This document shows, piece after piece, positions 23,901-35,900 of a stretch of 64,000 bases of DNA. The stretch is taken from contig NC_087436.1 in the NCBI RefSeq assembly GCF_036321535.1, forward strand, positions 24,120,001-24,184,000, read 5' to 3'. Position numbers and translations under genes: made by a program. This stretch comes from Camelus dromedarius (Eukaryota). A model generated the notes under the pieces. That model ran no database searches, had not been told where the DNA came from, and saw only the letters and a list, made by a program, of their open reading frames with translations. Positions within the stretch are counted from its first letter, which is position 1. Every line of letters begins with the position of its first letter.

Positions 23901-26900
23901 TCCTGGGTTTTTTGAAATATGTAGGTAATAATAAAAACCTAAACATTGACTATAAACATAAATATTAGAATATACCAATCTGGGACCCAAGAAAAACCAG
24001 CAATTTAAAGATCACAGTATAATAACTGCGGCTGATATTCAGAATCACTGCTTAAATGGCCGTGTGGATACTTCTAGCTACACTGAAAGCACAAACCCTC
24101 TGACCACAGTTGTAGAGGCTCTATGACAGGTTATTACTGAACATTCAAAAGCTGAAAGATTTTGTAAAGTTAAGCAATAAGTTCAAGGTGAAGCTTAAGT
24201 TCAAGCTTAGAAGGACTCTGAGTTGATGTGTTAGTAAAATGAGGTGTACAAATATTAGGGCAGTTTTAGAGACTTGGCTACCTACATCCCTTGTTGTCTG
24301 AGTATAACAAAGAGCAGTGGGGTTTTAGAGGGCACCTGGCTAGCAGTGCTCCACCGCATACTATATAATGATACATAAAATCGGATTGTGTACTTAGTTC
24401 TAGAACCACATAACTTACTGCCAAGACAGGGTGCTACCTCAACCACGTTTTGGTGAAGCATGAAAGTTCAGGTGCATGAATTCCAAACAGGAGTACCGTG
24501 TGGGGAAGTAGTGGGTGCGTGGCACCATGCACTGCAGATGTTATCATTAACAATAACTGCCAGTCCCCGGTAAAACGCAAGCTTGTTTTTGGTTCATGTT
24601 CTCACATATGTCCGTTCACAAAGTGGACCTCCCAGTCGAGTTGGCAGTGCTGATGCAGGCAGAGAAACCTTGATGTTCACTATCCAGCAAGTGCCCTGAG
24701 CAGCCAGCCCCAGGAGCCCTTCCCTGCTGGCAGCGTCTGAGTGCGGACGTGATGGTGGGGGAGCTGGGGAGCGTTGAAGATGTGAAGGTTTGCCTTGTGG
24801 TCCCCTTTCTCCAGGGCACCTGGATGATGACGGATTACCACACGGCTTCTGCACCGTCACCTACTCCTCCACTGACAGATTTGAGGGCAACTTTGTTCAT
24901 GGAGAAAAGAATGGACGGGGGAAGTTCTTCTTCTTCGATGGCAGGTACCCCTCACAGTTTTGTTTTGGTTTTTTTTTTGGGGGGGGGGGTAGGTACCAAA
25001 TTACTTTCTTTGGAGGAATGATACAAATGAGAGAATTTAAGTGGATGTTTTAGTACAACTTAGAGAAAAGGTCCAAGTATCCTCAACATACATGTACTGC
25101 TTTGGGGGCCAGGAAAGTCACTCCCAGTTACCAAACCAAATTTGGGTCCACTCACCCCCACGGTAAAGCCAATATACTGACACCGGGTTGTGGTAAAGGA
25201 AAGTACAATGTTTATTGCAGGGCGCCAGACAAGGAGTCTGGGACAGCTAATGCTCAAAACACCCGAACTCCCCAATGGGTTTCAAGGAAGCATTTTTAAA
25301 GGCCAGGTGAGGGAGGGGAGTCACAGGGAGTGTGATCAGCTGGTGCACAATTTTCTGATTGGCTGACGGTGAGGTAACAGGGCGGAGTCTCGGGTTAACA
25401 CTATCAATCCTTAGGTGCCAGAAGGTCTGGGGGCTACATGCTCATGGTCATCAGGTAGTTAATTTCTTCCATCAGTAAAACAACTCAGGAAATCTGCACC
25501 AGATACTATTATCTGGGTCCTTCAGAGAGGAGCTACAGCAGAGGATATGGGGGAGGGGTCTGTCCCAGGATGGCCCCAAAGGGTCCTGCTCGGTTCCACC
25601 CCCATGGCTGTGGCCTGAGACTCAGCTCTGCTGTCACTGCCTCTTGTCAGAGAGAGCCCCCACCGTGCCAGATTCAGGGGCCCCCACCTGGCACAAGTTG
25701 GTTAGGTGGTCATCCAGCTCTTTGATGGATTTCACCTGCTCGTTCAGATAATAAGTCTCACAAAGTCACCCAAGCGGGGATCTTTTTTGTCAGCGTCAGT
25801 TTGTAGAGTCCCAGTAATGACAGATGAATGCTTTGTTTCCAAGCACAACGCACACTCACTCCATTGCGTTCAGCCGCTCTCAGACATCGTGGTCTGGTTT
25901 CTTGATCTCCTGAAAGAAGATTCAGCCCCTTCTGAATGAATTGGTTCTGCAGCTTCATAATTTTCTCAGAATATTCTCTCTCCTCATGAGATTGGTCAAG
26001 AGAATATTTAGCAAAGTCCTTCAAAGCCACATCATCACAGTCCAAGCAGGAAGACACGGAGAGGTAGACCTAGATGGTGAACAGCTCCAGACTCACAGGG
26101 TTTTAAGTGCTTGTCGTTGGGGTGACTGGACGTCATGTGTGATACCTTACTGCCGACGTCATAACTGGTATTTCCTGTGTGCTACCTCTAGTTAGAATAT
26201 TTTTCACAGCAGGGTTCTTTTTACCTTGCTTTCACCTCCTGTATGAGAATGTTGGAGGCTGAAGCTCCTCACCGCCTTGGGATAGGTGGGAAGATCTAGG
26301 ACTTTCCTCTTTCGAGAAGAGATGGGGTTGCCCAGCTTTCCAACAGTGACTTTGAAACCGTGTCAGCTTCGGAGATGAAGAGTGGCCGTATGAATTTCTC
26401 TAGCACTTAGAGGAATTCAGAGCCGCGGAAGGACCAGCTCTTTTCATACCACTTGATTGGGTAATACAAATGGATTTAGCCACGGCAGGCTCTCGGATTC
26501 TGTGGGACACAGCAGGACTTACTAAATCCCTGACGTTGGTGATGAGCTGAAGCTTCCTAAACCTTGGGATTCCTTCAGGAAAGGACATGTCTAAGCTGAT
26601 GGTTGAAGGGTGAGCTCAGGGATTGGCTTGTGACCTGGAATCCCTTTTCTGTAGGTGGAGTGAGCTGCTTTAAAAAATATTAACAGATCCTCAGGCTCTC
26701 AATTATCTGAATTATCTGATATAAGGAGGCATGAGGAGGGCAATAAAAACCTATCAGAGAGCTTCTATACATTTTTATTTTAATTCTCTTTCCCATTGTC
26801 CCCAACTCCACGTCCTACCTCTTTTTAGCAGAACTTGACTTATAAACTGTACATTTTATTTTATTTTAAAAAGTTTTTTAATGGAGGTTTTAGGGGATTA

Positions 26901-29900
26901 ATTATACTTTTATTTATTTTATTTAAAAAAAATTTTTTAACAGAGGTGCTGGGGATTAAACCCAGGGTCTCGTGCATGCTGAGCACACACTTTACCACTG
27001 AGCTATACCCTCCCTGCTTCCCAAACTGTACAATTTAAATGGTCAAATACTCTATTTCCTTTCTTCTGCCCTGGTGGATGCCTGAGTCCCGTAGAGCCTT
27101 CTTACTGGATGGGTATCAGTGCTTGCTTTTCTCACGATCCCCATAACCTGTCCAGAGGGAAACTTTTCCTGCCTCATTTCCACAGAAGTTTATTTATAGC
27201 TCGTTTTTCTAGAAAGTGTCACTATTTACCTCATGCTGCAGTTATTCCTTTATTCACTCAACAAGTATATATTTATATAAAAGTCTTATTTCCCCTACAG
27301 GGGAGAGGTTTCCTTGGGGGTAGAATCTGTGTCTGTTTCATCTTCTACGCTTCACAGCACTTTCCCTTAATTTGGTACTAAAAAAAAAAAGTCTTGCTGA
27401 ATGAGTATGGGGGTGAAAAAGAGGGTAGAATTCACACACACGCGGGCACATGCACACACACACAGGCTCATGCTTTAAGTCTGGTAGTTTGATGAGGAAT
27501 GAGCCCTTAGGTGGCAGAGTGGGGCCTGAGACTTTCCAAGCACCTCCCTCCCTCTGTCAAGCCAGTCACTCTGGCCCCGACCAGTTTCATCCAGTCCCCT
27601 CAGTGTGCCATGCAGATGCAGGGATTTGCATGTGGGTCATGACCAGGGAAAGCACTAGGTCAGGCTGAAGCACTAGGCCAGTAGCTACCTATGGAACAGA
27701 AAGAAATTCATTGACTCTCTTTTCTTTCTGAGGCACTAATTCGCTAATTTTTAAACCTACCCCTCTAACACCATGGCTTAGGTCCAATGACAGACTCAGA
27801 GAGTAATGGTATCAGCAAGGACCTGAAAAGGTCACTCTTGTTAGCTTCTCCAGATGGATGAGGGCTGATATCTTGAGGGGAGAAGGTCAGCATCACTGCT
27901 TTTATGACACGTGATGAAGCCATTTGGTGACAGATTCTCAAAGGTCATCGTCACCTTCTTCCTTAAGCCCAGGAATGATCATGTTATGAAACATCTGCTG
28001 AAAGGATTTGCGGAAAAATTAGTGAAAGTCTCATGACTGAAATAAAAGCTGGGGTATCTATTAGGTCTTTCTAAGAGGGGTGCGGGACTTGGCCATGGAG
28101 AAGTCACTGTCTCTCCTTGACGCGGCAGCTTAGTTTACATTGCTGTGTTAATTTTTCTCCCTATTACTCTCCCCGTTTTTAGTGTCTGATGTATTGGGTA
28201 AAATAAAGTGGGCACTCAGTGCTTTTACTGCCAGACCGAAGGCTTTAGTCTGGAAAACTTCCTCCAAAAAGACCAAAATCAAGGTTTTGAAATAATAATT
28301 GAGGAAACAAAATTTCTGTTAGAGGGTTGTGTTTTTTTGGTTTTTGGGTTTTTTTTTTTTTTTGGTGTGGGGAGGTAGTTAGGTTTATTTATATATTTAT
28401 TTCTTAAGTGGTTGTACTGGGGATTGAACCCAGCACCTTGTGCATGCTAAGCATGCATTGTACCACTGAGCTATACCCTCCGCCTCGAGTTTTTTAAAAG
28501 TTGTTCGAGCCTGTAGTACTGACTTACATGCTGATCAGGGGGTTTGTTTGCAAAATCAAAAAGTGTAAGTGACACTTTTTGTCACTTAGAAGACCTGAGG
28601 CCTGAGGCATTCTAATCTTATATAAAACCTGAACCTGGATGTGTGATTTTTTTTTAACCCACTTTATGGAGGCCTCATGATTCACATCTAAAAAAGCTGT
28701 ATATATTTAACAACTTGATGTATTTGGAGTTAAGTACATGTTCATGAAACTATCACCACAATCTGGTGCCATAAACTGGGTGTGTGATTTATGAGATTTT
28801 AAAACAAATACCAATTTAGGTTAAGAAAACTCTCGAATCAACTTTCCCCCTTACATAGAACATGATAAATCTGAATAAGAATTTTAATTATTCAGATGAC
28901 CAGGAAAAATGGGCTGGCAAAACAGAAGTAGAATATTTCATTTTCTTTTTAAATTATATGTATAGCAAATACTTGGTAGAATAAAGAACTTTAAGAAATA
29001 CAGAAATGTAAAAAGTGAACCTGCTCCCTTATTTTTTGACCCCCACCCTCATGTCACAGAGGTGAACCGCTGTTGGCAGAGAATTCAAGCATCTTAATTA
29101 AATACATTCAAGGTAAAATAAAGAACTATCTAATTTCTAAATCAGTTCAAATAGCCAAAATGTAAATTTTTACCTTTTACTCCCATCTCAGCTTCAGAAG
29201 CTTCAGAATGTTTGCTAGTTTTGAGATCTTAACCAATAGTTGGCTCGTCTTCCCTTAAGTTACAACCAGCTTATTATGTTGGAAACCTCAAGTCAGACCA
29301 CTCATCTTTTACCATATAGTTTATCCCACAAATGAGGAATGAATGAGAAAATTGACCTGATTTTTAAAAAATTATCTTTTCAAGCAGTTACTGTCTCCCA
29401 CCCCCTTTTTTTTAAAGAAAGAAGATTGCCCCAAGATTAGGTAATTGAGACTTACTCTCATCTACTCTGGTCCTGAGATAAAAGCATTTGTGCCATGAGG
29501 AGAAAACTTTGGAGACTTGGCTGGTGTGGCTCTGCAGCCTCTCTGGCACCAGTGGTGGAGTACTGTGGGGTATGACAGCATGTTTAGTGTGCAGAATACT
29601 TCAGTATACACATCTCTAATTTTTACACTCATCCCAGGTTCTGGATTTTCATGTTAATGTATTTTTTTCCCTTAATTGTTCTTATTTCAACCAAAATTTG
29701 TGGATGTAAAGACAATTTAGCAGGACTTCTTGAAATCTTAGAATGGTAAGGAGAGGTATTTCATTGCTGATTTCTTTGGGCTGTGTAATATTAGGGCGTC
29801 GTGTGGTTTTTAGCCTGATTATGAGATAGAGATAAGTGAATTCATTTTTTTCTTTAATATTATTGATACTTCCTCTTACCATGCCAGTTAAATTTCAAAG

Positions 29901-32900
29901 TATTATTTGCTACCCCACAACTCCATTCTCCTCTGCCCACGTCATTTCTGACATTGATTTGTTACACTAATGAGTCTGGCTAAGAGGGCTGCTTGTAGTG
30001 GATGGTTGACCAGATAACCTTAGTGAAGCTGCCCATCTGATGAGCTACTGGGAGGGCTGATTTTTTTTCAGGTGATGGGTCTGTGCAGGAGTCCTTGTGT
30101 TTGGTTTTTAGAAAGTGCTTGCTCTCATTTCAGAGAAGTTGAAGTTGGAATGGATTTCTGAAGTCATGTATTCCAACCTCCCACACAAGGCAAAAGTGCC
30201 TTCTAGGTTGCTGATAGTCATTCAGCTTTTGTTGGAAGCAGGTTCAACACGTATATTCAACTGTATTCTAAGGAACAGTTCTGAGTGAGGCAAACATTTT
30301 TGTGATGTGTGAGAAGAAAAGGAGTAGGGACGAGATGGATAGCTTTGAATACCTACCATTTGCTCTACACTGGACACGAAGCCTTCATAACCATCTGTGA
30401 AGTAGGTTTTATAATCCTTTTTTTACTAATGAAGAAACTAAGGCACAAGGAGATTAAATAACTTGCCCCGGGTCACCTCGCTGGTAAGAGCCGGAGCTGC
30501 GAGTCACACCCAGGTAAGTTCAGTTCCAGAGCCACCTGACTTCTCACCACATCTGCCACCTTCCTCTAATAGGTAGCAAGGAGATCGCTCTGATCCTGAC
30601 TGCCTTTCTTCCATGCTTTCATTTCACCTGAGGTCACTCATTAGCTATAATTGCAAAAAGTTGAAAGGAGTCCTGGGCTGAAGTCAGTTACTCTCCTGTG
30701 GGAGTGTGAACAACTTGGTGGAAGCTTGGCAGATTGATGGGAGGTTTTTCCTGAGGAATCAGCTCAGAAGAGCCCTAATCTAGCAGGCCTCCCTGAACTT
30801 ATTTCCTCATTTGAAAATTGAGGATAATTGTATCTACTTCTCCAAGTTGATGTGAAGATTGAATGAGAAAACCTGTTAAGGCCTCGAGTGGAGGATACCT
30901 CACAGGAAAGCCTGCTTTTTTTTTCTATTACTCTGTATCTGCATTTTTTACAGCTTTATTAAGATATCATCGACATATAACATATGTAGGTTTAAGGTGT
31001 ACAGCGTGATTTGATACAGGTATATATTGTGAAATGATTACCACAATTACACCTTCATTCCCTCACGTCATTGCCTTTGTGTGTGCAGTGATGAGATTTA
31101 AGATCTCCTGTCTTAACAACTTTCAAATATAAAAAGTATTGTTATTTATACTCACTATGCTATACATTCTCAGAACTTACTCATCTTATAACTGGAAGTT
31201 TGTACCTGTGACCAACATCTCGTTTCCCCCACCCTCCAGCCCCTGGCAACCACCACTCTACTCTCTGATTCCAGGAATTAGACGTTTTTAGATTCCACAT
31301 GTAAGTGGGCGCATACAGTATTTATCTTTGTTTGACTTCTTTCACTTAGCGTAATGCCCTCAAAGTCAAGGATGGAATATTATTATTATCACTATTATAT
31401 TTTATTACTGCTGTTTCTAGTATTACCAGTTGGTAACAGTGGCCATCAGGGTTTTCTCAGGGTTTACTTTTAGAGGGCAAAACGGAATTTCACTAATTGC
31501 TCTTCAAATATTTTACTATTATCCTGGGCCTTTATAACAATCAGATCCTACAGACTCATACGTCTTTTATTAAAGGATAAACCGCTGTGACGACACTGCA
31601 CTATATGACACGGAAGCATGACAGTGCTCCAGTCAGTGTGCACATCACACCTTGGAAGAAGTCAAAGTTTCTGGTTGCAGGGAGCCCTAGCAGGTAGTTT
31701 GGGTTTGTTATCGATGTCCTTCTTCAGTTAGTTTTCCCTATTTTAAGAGATAATGTATAATGTTCTATATAATATATAATGTTCTATGTTAATTATATCT
31801 CAATTTTTTTTTAAAAAGAGATATATTGTCATACAAGTAGTTCCTAAAACAATGTTTTAATGCTAAGAGTCACAATTTAATTTGGTTAGAGATGGAAATT
31901 TAAAGTAGAATTATCTTTCATTTAAAATTTCCCTTCTGAGTCTACATCTGACAAAAGGAAGGGAACACAGTGAGGGGAAGGAGTAGAGTTTATGCTTCAT
32001 GAGGCAGAAAGCTCAAAACCTTCTAGAGCCTAAAATATAAAGGAAAGCAGGGGCTGTTTCATTTCCTAAGAACACTTTTGTGTATTCAGGTATTAAAGGG
32101 AATTTTTAAATGAAAATATTTGCATAGAATGCAGATGTTATCAGTCTAGGTAAACAATTATAAAATTTTTTCATTTCTTTGTCAGTCAGATTTTCTAATT
32201 AAATTTAATACTGGAAATTTAAGTACAAGAGCTTTGGTAGAACAGATGAAAATGGTCTGTGTGTATATGGGAAGAAAGAACTTTAATTAAAATTGATCTT
32301 TAAATTTTCTCCATGTTTTTGAGTTACTTGATTCAGATGCTGGTACTGGAAAAATCAAACCATTTTTGTAGCTTCTTAACATACTAAAGAATCTGCCAAG
32401 ATGTTGAAAGGGACTTTAAGAAAATACAAATCAAGAACATTGTGTATAGCATGATCCCATTTTTGTTAAAATAACCACCATAAGAGGTGGGAAGAATGCC
32501 TGATATACAAATAAGAACAAGTCTTAAATGGTATATGCCAGGTTGGGCAAGAGTACTGGGAATTTCCACTTTCTACATCTTTGTAGTGTTTGACTTGTGT
32601 TTTGTGTTTTTGTTTGTTCCTTTTACATATTACTTTTTTTTTTACTTAAAAAAGCATTTAGTCCATCCTTCACCCAGACAGAGAGAATTGTTCCTGCTTG
32701 TTTTATTTTTTTAAGCAGATGTAGAGCAGTGTTGTAAATTTCTGCCTATTCCAGTGTCTCATAACTATTTCCCTGATGCTGCTGTTTGAAGCCCAGTTTC
32801 TCAGTAGAAAACTCACCACCATATACATGAATGTACATGCTTAATATTAATAGCTGTTGTTTATTCGAGCAATCACCATGTCCCAGATCATTTTCTAAGC

Positions 32901-35900
32901 CCCTGATATATATTAACCCATGTAATCCTTAATAACTGTATTAGTAGCTGCAGTTTACAAATGGAGAAATACAGCATCGAGTTTATGACACTTCCCCAAC
33001 TTGCAGGCTGCATGCGCACATACTTCATATAGAGAATCCTCCCTGCACTTGAGGAAATTGTTAAATCTTTGTGTTCCCTCTAAATCTTCTCTTAAAGCAA
33101 GATTATCCCAGTTCCCAGTTCCACTCTTTCATTTAGGAAATGCCACTTGCAGATATGCTATGTTTATTACGTGTTAGGGGAGGAATACAGAATGCCTGAT
33201 TTGTTCCTATGAAAGGGCTTAACAATTGAGTTAGAGAAAAAGGACGTGTAAGCTCACCGTGGATAAAGACATGGCACATACTCGCCCATGACTAGGCTCC
33301 AGTGATGCTAGTTGCAGAAGTCAAGGGAGACTCTGGGAAGTCGGGCTCCGTGCAGGGGATGGGTAGGCTCTGAGGAGGCCTGCCATGAACCCACTTCCTC
33401 CAGAACACAAGTCCCCACCCAATATCAGCAAGAAAGATCAGAAACCTATTTTCTACATAGTTATTTCTCAGATATGACCAGATAGTAACAGTTGAGTGGC
33501 TACAAAATAGTGCCATTTTCTCATAGTTGATTTCTTTTTTGAATAGAAAAAGGCCAGAGGTTGGAGAATATTCATTGTTTTCCAAAAGTTGTTTTGTTTT
33601 ATATGAAAAAAAAAAGGAAAAAAGAAAATATGATCCGTAACTTTTTTTTCTCCTGAGTGTGTCCTCAGGAGCTTAAGTTTGGTCAAATATGTTTTAAGAG
33701 AAGAGGCAGGGAGACCGTGGTTTGGAAGCTACGATTCGTAGAGGTGTGCTCTGAGCCAGTGAGTAAACCAGTGTGAACAGAGGGTTCCAGAGCAGGAGTC
33801 AGCAAACTTTCTGCAGAGGGTGAGGCAGTAAATATTTTAGGCTTTGGGGGCCACATACGGCCTCTGTTGCAACTCTTCAACTCTGCTGTTGTCATGTGAA
33901 AGCCGCCACAGAGGATACGGAAAGGAATGTTCGTGGCTGTGTTCCAGTAAAACTGTATTTACAAAAACAGGCAGCAGGCCCTGGTTTGCCAACCTCCTTT
34001 GGAGGAAAAAGAAAGGTAGTGCCTTTAACACCCGGCTAAGAAGCTTTTAATTTCCTCAGTGACAAAAAGATTTTAAAGCCTTGTCATTGGTATTGCTCAG
34101 GAGACCTCAGTTCATGTGCTAGCATGACCCTTTGCTGTCATCAGATTCCATCCAAGCTCCCAAAAAAATTTTCCAAGGAAGTTAAGCTGTTTCCCCAGGC
34201 AGGTGCTGGACAATAATGCAGGAAGTTTTGCTCTCCAAACCCCAAGAATTTGCATTTGTGTACCTTATGTCAGTTGAGCTAAGAGGGGAATAGCAGTTTG
34301 TTCTCTGGATTGTGATACTAACAAGGTGGGCTCTGCTGTAGGGGAGGGTGGGACAAGCTACTGGGTACGGTTGCAGGGAAATGTGTGCAAATCCATACGA
34401 TCGTTTAACTGATTCGCCAGACTCATGCCTTGTAGATTTGATCATAAACCTGAGAAATATTGGCAGACCAGTCTGTTAGGGGATAATTCTGTCCAAACAT
34501 ACACAGTAACATTTTGCGTGCTGCTGAGAATTCAAAGTCAATAAGGTCGCCAGGTTTAGCAACTAAAAATCCAGGGCACCCAGTTAAAATGGTATTTCAG
34601 ATAAGTAACAAAAAAATCTTAAAAAAAACCATGTCCCATTCAATACTGGGGACACACTCATGCTAAAAGCTTATGTGTTGTTTATCTGAAATTCAAACTT
34701 AACTAAGCATCTGGTATTTTATTTGGCGATCCCCAAAATGCAGAGAGGCGATTAAATCGGTTTTCACACTGTATATTGCATCATGTCAGTTGATTAGTTA
34801 TCCTTCACCAAGGTTGTCCTTCCTTTTTTTTTTCATTGAGGAGTCTAATGACATCGAATCTCATTAATTCCGACCTCCTAGATTTAGAATTTTGATTATT
34901 GATGCAAAGGCTACGCTAAAGTGCACTTTATTCTCTTCATGAATTTACTAGGCCGATTTATCATGGATCGTACAAACAAAACTGAAAGAGAACTATTTAT
35001 CTCCTTGGGAGACGACAAATAGTGTAATTACAATGTAATCAGAGGCTACCATTTTTTAGACTGTGCTTTTCATTTAATAATTACAGATATTCTATCATTC
35101 ATTACAGCAAGACAAGACTTTTCTAGGCAGAGCCAGGTGCGGCCACCTCGGTCCCCACAGCCCCCTTTGGGTCCCACCTGTCCCCAGTACATGTCTCTTG
35201 TTTTTCTGTTTGTTTTGTTCGTCATGCTCTCTGGATCCTCACACGATGCTCGCTACTTGAAGTCATTCTGTAAATGTTTGTTAGTGAATTAACGAATGAG
35301 CGCTATCTGCACATGTTAAAATAATCAGATTGTCTTTGTTGCTAAACATCTTAGGTTTTAAATTTAAGAGTAATTTGAGCTGGTCTTTTATTCCAAATTT
35401 CAACTCATGAAGGGAATTTTTTGGTCAAGTTAGTTTCACTGCATAATGGCCTCTGTGAGGTGGACACTGAAAAAAATGTTATCGAAATTCCAAAAGTGTT
35501 TTATGAGGGGAGAGAGAGTAGTTCTTATAAAATCACCATGAGCAGTTCTGTGAGCTTTCTTCTGTTCTAGGACCATGGGTATCAAACTTTATCAAGCTGC
35601 TAATGATATCAGCAAGCTTTAGCCTGCCGTCTTAAGTACTTGCGCCATTTCCCTTGAGATCACAGACATACTTCAGTAAATCCCCATATATCTTCCAAAG
35701 AGATGGAAGGAGATACTTTTGATTGGATACCAAGTATGACTGTCACTGATAAATAATGCGTTAATGGCTTAAGACAAATATGCAGACATCTACACATTCT
35801 AAGCCACATTTGTATTTTTAGAGACCACTCTGTGCAAGCCATCTGAAAGACCCTTGAAAACTGCTGGTGAATTCTGGACCACTCTTGGGGGAAACTAAGC

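Noticed and set aside
25758..26057. 99-aa ferritin-like ORF as a functional gene
   Set aside because: Starts at GTG just after an in-frame TAG, frameshifts after KLQNQ and lacks the N-terminus; it is a pseudogene.
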